A stretch of 63,809 nt of DNA, filler included, from Thraustochytrium aureum (GCA_012862495.1; 6 parts of 5 records of this genome joined end to end with filler, not necessarily neighbours in it); one strand, 5' to 3'; positions 9,730-20,609 are shown, numbered from the whole stretch's first letter. Translations and numbers: made by a program. The notes: generated by a model not told the origin, from the letters alone.

Positions 9730-12700
9730 GTTGTTGCGAAGCGGCTGCTCACCAACAAGTCGCCCGTAGTTCGTGCGCAGGCCTTCGGGCTGCTCACGGC
9801 CGCAGCGCGCCATGGCGCCCTCGCACTCGACGGCGGCGCGACGCTTGCTGATGCCGGCACGATAACTGTTGCTTGCGCTGCATTCGGGAACGAGACAGAC
9901 ACCAGCGTTCTTCCGGCCGCGCTCGAGGCCGTGATGGCCATCGCTGTTGGAATCGCCGAGGACCCGGGCGGCGACCTCTTCGCGCGCATCGATTACCGCA
10001 AGACGTTCTTCCCCGCGCTCTGGAAGGTGCTACGTGACGGAGGTCGCGGCGCTGCGCGGACGCTCTACCCCTCCGCGCTGCCGCTGCTTTCGCTGATCCC
10101 TGAGCGCGTCTTTGACGACTATGGGCCGGGCGTTCTCGGCGCCAAGTGGATGGAGGAGCTCGCTGCTGGGCTGGACGCCCCCGATCTCGGCCCACACGGT
10201 TCCCCCGTGCTCCTTCACGCAATCGCCGAGACCCAGGCGTTTTTGCTCAAGCGCAGGCGCGGGTTTGGGGAGGTTCAATTCCTGCGCGTCCTCGAGATCT
10301 ATGTCACCGAGTCGCGCCGCTTTCTTGTGGGCGACAAGCTCGTGCCCGCGATCGTGATGTGTTTGGGCCAGCTCGACCCCGGCGCAGAGGCGTGGCCGCG
10401 AGTCGAAGACCACTTGGCGGAATTGTCGCGGCGCGGGGCGACGGAGGCGGTGCGGGTGGCCCAGCTTCTTGTTGCCGCGCGAGGGCTCGAGCCGGCGCGC
10501 GATCTGGCTTCGCGCCTGTTTCTCGCGGCGCTGGACTCGGCCTCGGTGTCGGAAGCCAACACGGAGGCTCTTGACGCACTGTTTGCCGCAGCGCCCGGCA
10601 GCGTTGCACCGGGCAATGCCAGAATCGTGGCAGAGCTTGCGGCGCAGGGCGTCCACACGGCGAGCGCGGGCTCCGCGCTTCGCCTCGTTCTGCGCGTTTC
10701 TATTGCGAACGACTTTTCCCTCGAGCCTTGGCAGGCGTTCATGAGCGCTGCGGGGCCCCTGGACCGCGCTGCTGTCCAGGCGCTTGGCCGAGCCGTCGAG
10801 GCTGTCGTTCCGCCGGGGTCTGGCAGGCTCGATGGCGTCGCAGNNNNNNNNNNNNNNNNNNNNNNNNNNNNNNNNNNNNNNNNNNNNNNNNNNNNNNNNN
10901 NNNNNNNNNNNNNNNNNNNNNNNNNNNNNNNNNNNNNNNNNNNNNNNNNNNNNNNNNNNNNNNNNNNNNNNNNNNNNNNNNNNNNNNNNNNNNNNNNNNN
11001 NNNNNNNNNNNNNNNNNNNNNNNNNNNNNNNNNNNNNNNNNNNNNNNNNNNNNNNNNNNNNNNNNNNNNNNNNNNNNNNNNNNNNNNNNNNNNNNNNNNN
11101 NNNNNNNNNNNNNNNNNNNNNNNNNNNNNNNNNNNNNNNNNNNNNNNNNNNNCAGTCCTGGACGCGTGCGGGGCGGCGATATCCGCAGCGCTCGCATCTG
11201 TGTTTGGCCAGACGGGTCCTGGCGAGCCAGAGCCCGCGACAGGCGAGGCTGTGGAGGAGGAGATCGCTGTCGTGGAGCGGCTCTGCGCCGTCGAGCAAGG
11301 TGGTGGCGGCCGCGAGACCGACCTTGCTGTAGCAGCCCAGATCGCCCGCCACGTGGCGCGACCGGGCGCGGCCGCGGCGCGTGCGCCGCTGCGCGAGGCG
11401 GTCCAAGCAGGGATAGCGCGCTGGCTAGCAGCGTGTCTGGACGGGTCGGATTCTAGCACTGCCTCCGCAGACTGGACCCGCAGGCCGCTGGCCTCGCGCG
11501 CGTGGGCCTCGCTGGCGGTGCACTTCGGCGCCGTTCAGCAGATGTTTGCCACGGCAGTCAGCGGCGGTTTCGAGCAGCGCTTCGTCCTCGCCGCCATGCA
11601 CGTGAGCGAGCAGATGCCTGCTGGACAGCTGCTCGGTTTCCCTGAAAGCGCCGAGTTGCTGTGGCGCCTGCTTGTACACGCCAAGACAGAGCCAGACTGG
11701 CGCGGCGCCGTCCTCGTCCCGTACATCTTGATGGACAGGGCCCGCACGCGAGGCGTCGTGGAGGAGGGCTTGCGCTCGGGCGAGTTTACACCTGAGACGG
11801 CAGGGCCGCTTCTTGAGGCCGCCAGCGGCGACAGCGACACCCTGGACGAGTGCTTGAGCGCAGTCCTCGCGCCTGCGCTCCTTGAAGCTGGCGAAACCGC
11901 AACGCTCTCGAGCGTGGAGACCGTCGTGCAGACATGCGCTGAAAGCCTTGCGCGCCTTGGCCTCTTGCGGCAGATAACCAGCAGTCTCGCCGCGAGCGTG
12001 CTCGAGTGCCTCGACGAGGACGACAAGGCTGATGTGCAGGCCGCCGCTGGCGCATTCGTGTCGCTTCTCCTCGAGACCGAGGCAAATACCGAGCCTGCCA
12101 GCAGCCGCGACGACGAGGTCGCTGGCGGTGAGGACGACGGCCTCGACGGCGAAGCGGCCGAAGCGCCGCCTCCACCTCAGTTGGCGAATGCCGTGGAGGA
12201 AGCTTTTGCGAAGGGAGAAGAAGTCTACTATGTCAAAACAGGCGTGCGGACGCTCGGTGTCGTTGTGAGCGTTCATACGGACGACCCCACAGCGCCCTAT
12301 TATACCGTAAGGCTCACCGGGGACCGCGAGGTGCAGACGACCGCAAAGGCTCTAGAGCCAAGGTTGGCGCGGCCCAAGACGCTCCAGGAGCTCAACCAGC
12401 TGCTCGCCGAGGCCCGCCGCGCAGGTGACCACAAGGAGTCGCTCCGACTGATGAAGCTGCAGCCTTCGCTGGTCCCGAAACCGGTGGACACCGACGCAGC
12501 GCGCAAGCAGGCCATGGACGCCGCGCGCCGCCGCCGCGAGCGCGCTCTCGACCAGCTGGCGAAAGCGAAGCGCGAGGAGCGCAATGGCACTGCGCAAGGC
12601 GAAAATGCAGGACGGGACAGCGCGCCGGGCACCCTGGCTGGCTCGCCCCGCGCCGGCGACGTGCAGAGGCGCAGAGCTCTCACCAACGAGTCGCTCGCCC

Positions 12701-13548
12701 GGCGAATCGAAGCCTTTGCGGCGGCAACAGGACCGGAGCGCGCCGTCAAACTTGACAACGTGGAGATGCGCAACTTGCTCACCGTCGCCGGCAGCCTGGA
12801 GCACCTTGTGCCACCTCGGAGCGTTGCGACGCACCTGCGGACGGTCGGCGCGCCCGACGCGTTTAGCAGCGTGGTGCACGCAGCGCTTCGCGCGCTCTGC
12901 TCCCTCGCGGCCCACGTGCGTTCGGACGCGATGCCGGCTGCACTCCGGGCCTATTTGGACCGCGTGGTGCTGGCTTCGATTACTCTTGGCCAAGACCGCG
13001 ACGAGCGAGCCCTTCGGCTCGGCTTTCAAGTTGTCGCCCTGCTTCCGCGGGAGGACGAGATCTTTGAGCGCGCCTCCAGGGTGGTGCTCGAGTTGGCCAC
13101 CAAGCAGGTCCAGGAGTCTCGCCAAGTCTTGACGCCGGCAATGGAGCGCCTTGTCGGCACCGTTGCGGTCCAAGTGGTGGTTGACATGGAGGAAGAGCTG
13201 GTGGGCAAACCGCGCGCACAATCGCTCTTGCACGCCTTCGTCCAAGTCGACGAAGGGTCGCAACTTGCACTCGAGCTCATCGAGTTAGTAGGCCGGTGTT
13301 GCAAGGACAGCGACCGCCTCGTGCGGCTCTGGTGGGCCCAGGCAGACGCGCTGTTTGAGCAACTCGCGCCCCGTCATCGTGCGAGTAGCGGCGCCCAGGG
13401 AAGCGAAGATGGAGCAAATGAGGACACAGGCGACTCTGAATGCGAGAGCGTCGATGCAGTCGACGACGCCCCTGCGCCGTTCAACCCTGTGGCGTGGTGC
13501 GTCCTGCTGAACGTGATTCGCCGACTTCGAGTGTTGGAGCCCGAGCTA
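9730..13548 (+). CDS. LTN1: Listerin/LTN1-like HEAT-repeat E3 ligase, partial at both ends
   Basis: KSPVVRAQAFGLL and DYRKTFFPALWKVLRDGGRGAARTLYPSALPLLSLIP resemble the conserved Ltn1 N-terminal region. Long helical ORF runs into the scaffold end. The C-terminal RWD/RING region is not in the window. Confidence 0.65.
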
Positions 13549-13648
13549 NNNNNNNNNNNNNNNNNNNNNNNNNNNNNNNNNNNNNNNNNNNNTTAATTAA
13601 TTAANNNNNNNNNNNNNNNNNNNNNNNNNNNNNNNNNNNNNNNNNNNN
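13549..13648. other. Artificial scaffold spacer
   Basis: 44 N + TTAATTAATTAA (13593-13604, stops in all six frames) + 44 N. Confidence 0.97.
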
Positions 13649-16600
13649 GGGGTTGGCAAAGAGTTGGTGGCGCGCGTTCGCAAGCCGCACACAAAGCGCT
13701 TGCTCAAGCTTGAGGTTAGACCTACTCCAATCTCTTCAGCGTCGAGTTGGTCTCGAGTGCCTTGCAGAACACAGCAGCCCCGGCATCGGAGATTTGATTC
13801 TTCCAGAGACTGTTGTTGGCGTTGTGTGTTGCGGATATCGAGTTGGAGGCAGAACATTGTGTTAGCGAGCGAGATGTGGAGGGCGGGTCGGCTTTGCAAG
13901 CAGCAGACTAGGACGGAGTGAGACACTGCGCTGCGGCGCCGTCCGTGAAACTTACTGGAGCTCGGTCAGTGTCGAGTTCTTCTCAAGCGCCTTGCCTAGC
14001 GCAGCAGCTCCTGCATCGGAGATTCCGTTCGAGACGAGACTGTTGTTGTTGGCATTGACAAATGAATGATTGGATGGATGGATGGATGGATGGATGACGT
14101 TTGGGTGTTTCATTCGTCAGCGAGCGCGCCAGCGAGAAAGAGAGGCGGGTGCGGCCGCTCGCACAGCAAATAGAATAGGGGTGGCGTTCGACACGGCGCG
14201 CTACCATCTCTGCAACGACTTACTCGAGCCAAGTCAGCGTCTTGTTGGTCTCGAGTGCCACGCCGAGAGCAGCAGCCCCTCCATCGGAGACTTCGTTGCC
14301 ACCGAGACTGTTGTTGTTGACGTTGATGGTGGATGACAGCAAAGCGTTGTTTCATGTCAGCGACCCAGCGAGAATGGGAGGTAGATTCGGCCGTACAAGC
14401 AGCGGACAATTGCGTATGTTACACCGCACCACGATGCACTTCCTGAAACGACTTACACCAACTTTATCAGCGTCTCGTTTGTCTCCAATGCCTTGCCGAG
14501 GGCGGCAGCCCCTGCAACGGCGATTTGGTTGTTGAAGAGACTGTTATTGTTGGCGTTGATGATCGATGGATAGACGGATGCCGGCAGTGCAATATTTTGT
14601 CAGCGAGCGAGCCAGCGTGCGAGCGAGCGGAGAGAGCGAACGCGCTGCGGCGCCATACCCAAAAATACGTACTGCAGCTCTGTCAGCGTCGAGTTGGTTT
14701 CGAGCGCCTTGCCCAGCGCAGCACCCGCTGCATCGGGGATTTCGTTGTTGTCAAGTCTGTGTGTGATGTTGGCGTTGGTGATGGATGGTAGCGCGGACGC
14801 ATGTTTGTCGCGCGTTGATTCGTTAGTGGGCAAAAGAGAAAAGCTGCTGCGCCGTCCTTGCAACGACTTACTCGAGACTCGTCAGCGTCGAGTTGGTCCT
14901 GATTGATCTGCCCAGTGCAACACCCCCTTCATCGGAGATTCGGTTGCGCTTCAGACTGTCGTAGATGGCGCGATGATTCGTTGACAGGCGGGTGACAGCA
15001 ACGTTGACTCGTTAGCAAGCGAGAACGAGGTGGAAGTTCGGCCGCTCTAGCAGCGCATGGCGGGGGAGGGAGGGAAGACAGAGCGCGTTCGTCCCGCCGC
15101 TCTGTGGCGCCATCCAGCAACGACTTACTCCAGCCAAGTCAGCGTCGAGTTGGTCGCGAGGGCCTTTCCTAGCGCAGCGGCGCCCGCATTTGAGATTTCG
15201 TTGTTGAAGACGCTATTGTTGTGTGGGGTGACGACGTTGTTTCATCAGCGAGCGAGCGGGAGGTGCGGACGTGAAAGCAGCTGATGGGGAGGAAGGAACT
15301 TACATGAGCCTAGTCAGCGTTGAGTTGGTTTCAAGTGCTTTGCCAAGCGCTGCAGCCCCTGCATCAGAGATTTTGTTGTTCCAAAGACTTTAGTTGCAAG
15401 TGAAAGGATGGATCGATGGATGACGGACGCGCGTTGTTTCGTTAGTGAGCGAGCGAGCAGCACACAAGGAGGACAGGGGCCAGGAGCGAGCGCGTTCGAC
15501 ACGTAGCCCTGCGCGCCAACCCTGAAACGACTTACTGGAGCTCAGTCAGCGTCGAGACACGTCCCGAGTGCCTTGCCCAGCGCAGCAGCCCCTGCGTCGG
15601 AGACGCTGTTGTTCTCAAGACTGTTGTTATTCGCGACGATGATGGATGGATGCAGCGCGGGTTCGTAAGCGATATTGCCACAGCTCGAGAGAGGGACAAG
15701 CGCGTGACGCGCCGCCCTCCGGCGCCATCCCTGCAAAGNNNNNNNNNNNNNNNNNNNNNNNNNNNNNNNNNNNNNNNNNNNNNNNNNNNNNNNNNNNNNN
15801 NNNNNNNNNNNNNNNNNNNNNNNNNNNNNNNNNNNNNNNNNNNNNNNNNNNNNNNNNNNNNNNNNNNNNNNNNNNNNNNNNNNNNNNNNNNNNNNNNNNN
15901 NNNNNNNNNNNNNNNNNNNNNNNNNNNNNNNNNNNNNNNNNNNNNNNNNNNNNNNNNNNNNNNNNNNNNNNNNNNNNNNNNNNNNNNNNNNNNNNNNNNN
16001 NNNNNNNNNNNNNNNNNNNNNNNNNNNNNNNNNNNNNNNNNNNNNNNNNNNNNNNNNNNNNNNNNNNNNNNNNNNNNNNNNNNNNNNNNNNNNNNNNNNN
16101 NNNNNNNNNNNNNNNNNNNNNNNNNNNNNNNNNNNNNNNNNNNNNNNNNNNNNNNNNNNNNNNNNNNNNNNNNNNNNNNNNNNNNNNNNNNNNNNNNNNN
16201 NNNNNNNNNNNNNNNNNNNNNCGCAGAGGCCCCTGGGCCGGAGATTCTGTTGTACTCGAGACTGTAGTTGTCGTTTACGGTGATGATGGATGGATGGGTG
16301 CATGTACGCATGACAACAGCGTGTTGTTTCGTTAGCCTGCGACGAAGGAAGCGAGGCTCGGTCGCTGTGCCAGCGAAGGGGGAGCGGGCGCGTTCGACAC
16401 ACGGCTCTGGGGCGCCTTATACTCATCTACTTACTGGAGCGCAGTCAGAGCCGAGTTGGACTCGAGCGCCTTGCCTAAGGCTGCAGCCCCTGCATCGGAG
16501 ACTTGATTGCCACAAATGCTGTTGTTGTTTGCGACGATTATGGATGGATGGGTACATGAACGGATTGCGGCAGCGCTGACGAGTGAGCGAACGAGCGAGA

Positions 16601-17538
16601 GAGCGGGAGGGATGTCTGGCCGTGCAAGCAGCATCAAATGAGAGAAAGGAACAATCGCGTCAACTGCTGCACGAAATCTGCAACGACTTACTGAAGCTCT
16701 GTAAGCGTCGAGTTGGTCTCGAGTGCCTTGCCCAGCGCAGCAGCCCCTGCGTCGGAGATTTGGTTGGGACCAAGGCTGTTGTTGTTGGCGTTGATGATTG
16801 CTTGATGGGGGGACGACAGCACGTTGGTTCGTAAGCGAGCGAGAAGGGGAGGCAAGGGCTCGACCGCAAAAGCAGTGTGAGGCGCAGAAAAGAACAAGCG
16901 CTTTCGACGCACTGCGCCGCGGCAACGACTTACGCCAGATAGGTCAGCGTCGAATTGTTTTCGAGCGCCGTGGCCAGTGCAGCAAGTCCTGCATCGGAGA
17001 CGCGGTTGATGGAAAGCCTGTTGTTGTTGTTGGTTGTGGTGGTCGTTTCGATGGATAACGACAGCACGGTGTGCTTTCGCTTGTTAGCGTAGTGAGCAAG
17101 GCAGCGAGATTCGGCCAAGCAAGCATCAGACGGTGTGGTGGCCGGGGCGAGTGCGTTTGACCCGCCACACTGCAGCCGCACTGCGGAGCCATTCCAAAAC
17201 AACAAACGTACCGGAGCGTCGCTAGAGCCGAGTTGGCCTCAAATGCCTTGCCCAGCGCAGCAGCCCCAGCATCGGAGATTTGGTTGTTGTCAAGACTGTT
17301 GTTGGTGGTGTTGATGATCGACGGATGGAGGAGTGCCGGAAGCGATTTGTTTGTTAGGACCGACCGAGCGTGAATCGGAATCAAGTTCGGGCGCTCAAAC
17401 AGCAGAAAGGCCAGGGGGTATGGACGAGCGCATTCGACGCGCTGCACCGCGAAGCTATTTCTGTCGCGACTTACTTGAGCCCAGATAGCGTAGAGTTGGT
17501 CTCGAGTGCCTTGCCCAGCGCAGCAGCCCCTGCGTCGG
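13649..17538 (-). repeat. Diverged tandem array of ~175-280 bp exon+intron units (at least 15 copies)
   Basis: Introns are 91-194 nt. They share a GTAAGTCG-type donor, a TCGAACGCGC-like internal motif, a CTAAC/CTGAC/CTTAC branch site, (ATCC)n tracts and a (CAA)n-CAG acceptor. Confidence 0.88.
13726..17538 (-). CDS. Multi-exon RI/NLRC3-type (28-aa) LRR protein, one LRR per 84-nt exon; partial at both ends
   Basis: Exons in 5'->3' order: >17538-17475 (partial), 17295-17212, 17017-16934, 16775-16692, 16518-16435, 16261-<16222 (partial), 15620-15536 (85 nt), 15387-15304, 15212-15129, 14955-14872, 14756-14673, 14540-14457, 14307-14224, 14039-13956, 13809-13726. All visible boundaries are AG/GT and all introns are phase 2. 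Consensus is xLxxNxISDAGAAALGKALETNSTLTxLx. Confidence 0.92.
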
Positions 17539-18441
17539 NNNNNNNNNNNNNNNNNNNNNNNNNNNNNNNNNNNNNNNNNNNNNNNNNNNNNNNNNNNNNN
17601 NNNNNNNNNNNNNNNNNNNNNNNNNNNNNNNNNNNNNNNNNNNNNNNNNNNNNNNNNNNNNNNNNNNNNNNNNNNNNNNNNNNNNNNNNNNNNNNNNNNN
17701 NNNNNNNNNNNNNNNNNNNNNNNNNNNNNNNNNNNNNNNNNNNNNNNNNNNNNNNNNNNNNNNNNNNNNNNNNNNNNNNNNNNNNNNNNNNNNNNNNNNN
17801 NNNNNNNNNNNNNNNNNNNNNNNNNNNNNNNNNNNNNNNNNNNNNNNNNNNNNNNNNNNNNNNNNNNNNNNNNNNNNNNNNNNNNNNNNNNNNNNNNNNN
17901 NNNNNNNNNNNNNNNNNNNNNNNNNNNNNNNNNNNNNNNNNNNNNNNNNNNNNNNNNNNNNNNNNNNNNNNNNNNNNNNNNNNNNNNNNNNNNNNNNNNN
18001 NNNNNNNNNNNNNNNNNNNNNNNNNNNNNNNNNNNNNNNNNNNNNNNNNNNNNNNNNNNNNNNNNNNNNNNNNNNNNNNNNNNNNNNNNNNNNNNNNNNN
18101 NNNNNNNNNNNNNNNNNNNNNNNNNNNNNNNNNNNNNNNNNNNNNNNNNNNNNNNNNNNNNNNNNNNNNNNNNNNNNNNNNNNNNNNNNNNNNNNNNNNN
18201 NNNNNNNNNNNNNNNNNNNNNNNNNNNNNNNNNNNNNNNNNNNNNNNNNNNNNNNNNNNNNNNNNNNNNNNNNNNNNNNNNNNNNNNNNNNNNNNNNNNN
18301 NNNNNNNNNNNNNNNNNNNNNNNNNNNNNNNNNNNNNNNNNNNNNNNNNNNNNNNNNNNNNNNNNNNNNNNNNNNNNNNNNNNNNNNNNNNNNNNNNNNN
18401 NNNNNNNNNNNNNNNNNNNNNNNNNNNNNNNNNNNNNNNTT

Positions 18442-19149
18442 TTGGATAGCGACGGCGTCGCGATGGAGGGCAAGTGCGCGCGGGAAGGCAAGTGCGACGA
18501 GAAGGAGCTCTGCAAAGGGTTCAGGGACGTCGCGGTGGTCGAGAACGAGAACAGACGGTCCAAGGCGATCTCGTTCTACCCCAAGGAGGTCGAGCAGGTC
18601 TGCAAAGGTGAGTGAGCGGCACACGGTGTGCGTCTGTGATGGCTTGACTCTGACTGGCTGGCTGGCTGCCGTGGGCGTGGCGGCGCAGACATTGCGGCCT
18701 ACTTCAGGGCCGAGAGTGGCGGCGCGGACCGGAAACGCGAGAAGGAGCTGGACGACGTCCTCGGCCCTGAGGCGCTGCGAGCGCTGCTGCGCAACGTCGA
18801 GGAAACCGGCGACGACAACCGCACGGTGTGGTTTTTCGAGTACAAGCTGATGAGTGCAGCGGAGATTGGTAGCCGCGGGGTCTTGGAGCCGTGCGGCTTG
18901 GTCCCGTTTGCAGAAAACGTCGACGGCGACATGCTCGCTGTTGGCGAGGCCGAGCATGACGGCGGCGTGTTCAACGTCTCGTCCGAGGGCGAGGTCGAGG
19001 GCGGCCGCGAGGCGAAAAGCCTTGCCGAGTACCTCGAGGCGTACCGTGACGACTTGCTGAGTAGCAAGCTGGAGTTTGTCGAGGACTGCGGCATGGTGGA
19101 GAAGACGCCCGCGGTCGGCTCGCCTGTCGGCGCTGGCAGCAAAAAGTAG
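18442..19149 (+). CDS. SMI1/KNR4 (SUKH)-like domain protein, 5'-partial, one intron (18608-18688)
   Basis: Splicing GTGAGT...GCAG (81 nt, CTGAC branch) joins ...EVEQVCK/DIAAYFR...VWFFEYKLMSAAEI...LVPFAENVDGDMLAV...AKSLAEYLEAYRDDL in frame. The latter segment has the SUKH pattern. Recognised by eye. Confidence 0.55.
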
Positions 19150-19787
19150 GCCCGGGGGCAGCCCCTCGGCGTCTGCACTCGCGTTCGCCCTCATCCTGCA
19201 TGTACTTGAGCGCCGCTCGGTTGCCCGGGCGGCGCGAGTAGCAAGCACCCCACAAGCCAAACCGCATCTTCACGCCATATTACGCATCGTCCACGCCGCG
19301 TCGCGCAGAGCCGGCGCGCGGCTTTGAATGATCAGTTGTCACGGTGAGAGGNNNNNNNNNNNNNNNNNNNNNNNNNNNNNNNNNNNNNNNNNNNNNNNNN
19401 NNNNNNNNNNNNNNNNNNNNNNNNNNNNNNNNNNNNNNNNNNNNNNNNNNNNNNNNNNNNNNNNNNNNNNNNNNNNNNNNNNNNNNNNNNNNNNNNNNNN
19501 NNNNNNNNNNNNNNNNNNNNNNNNNNNNNNNNNNNNNNNNNNNNNNNNNNNNNNNNNNNNNNNNNNNNNNNNNNNNNNNNNNNNNNNNNNNNNNNNNNNN
19601 NNNNNNNNNNNNNNNNNNNNNNNNNNNNNNNNNNNNNNNNNNNNNNNNNNNNNNNNNNNNNNNNNNNNNNNNNNNNNNNNNNNNNNNNNNNNNNNNNNNN
19701 NNNNNNNNNNNNNNNNNNNNNNNNNNNNNNNNNNNNNNNNNNNNNNNNNNNNNNNNNNNNNNNNNNNNNNNNNNNNNNNNNNNNNNN

Positions 19788-20072
19788 TCGCTCGCGCTCA
19801 GCCTCCGCTCGCTCGCGCTCTGCCTCCGCTCGTTCGCGCTCCACCTCCGCTCGTTCGCGGCTCCGTCTTCCCTCCGCCAACAAGCGTCGCAGGTCCTCGA
19901 CCTCGAGCGCGGCCGAGTCCGTCTCCGTCGCGTCTCGCGACCGCCCGTCGCTGCCGTCCTGGCCGCCGCCTGACGAAGCTGCGGAGCGCCTTCGCGCAGC
20001 AGCTCCGCTCGCGGACCCGCGTCGGACCGCGCCGGACAGCCTCGTGCCCAGCGCCTTGAGCCCGCGGTTCAT
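19788..20072 (-). CDS. Hypothetical coiled-coil protein with (ERERAEA)n repeats, runs into a gap
   Basis: ATG at 20072. LEVEDLRRLLAEGRRSRERAEVERERAEAERERAEAERER is encoded partly by a 21-bp tandem repeat that probably caused the adjacent gap. Confidence 0.45.
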
Positions 20073-20417
20073 CCCGAGGACCGCCTCATCGAGGCCTCGC
20101 GTCGCTCTGCGCCGCCCGCGCAAGTTGAAGTCCTGCCTCTTCGCAACAACACGCGCTGTGGGTGTGTACCTTCCTGCGTTCTCGTCAAGAAGGAGGATCA
20201 GTTCATAACAGATAGATGGTGAGTACACGTACACACCTTGTAGCGAGCAGTTCGTGAACAAGCGAACATCGGCGAAACGCGCGCTCAAAAAGAGTAGAGG
20301 GGCAGGCTAGGGTAGCTGCGGGGGACAATAGAGGGTTAGGACTGTGAGGGTTGGGTTAGGGTGCCAGCAGCAGCGTGTGGAGTGAAGACGCGCAGACGGC
20401 GGCAGAGCAGCCTCGCG

Positions 20418-20419
20418 GG

Positions 20420-20467
<48 letters not shown>

Positions 20468-20468
20468 C
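20418..20468. repeat. (GGCA)n microsatellite
   Basis: About 12-13 perfect GGCA units. Confidence 0.95.
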
Positions 20469-20609
20469 GGGTGCGCTGTGCTGTCGTGCGGGTTGCCCGT
20501 CGCTGCCCTGCAGGGTGTTGCTTGGGGCGTTCTGGTTGTTGGCGAGCTTGCCGGTTCGTTGGTTGGGTGATCTGGGGGTGGTTTTGGTTTGCTTGGTCGA
20601 CGTGCGACC

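Noticed and set aside
13593..13604. TTAATTAATTAA palindromic motif occurring five times
   Set aside because: It is always centred in exactly 44+44 N, so it is an artificial six-frame stop linker. Gene adjacency across these points is meaningless.
13649..17538. Regularly spaced repeats as a CRISPR-like array
   Set aside because: The conserved units are 84-nt codon-structured exons with synonymous variation and GT/AG boundaries. The spacers are homologous introns, and no cas genes are present.
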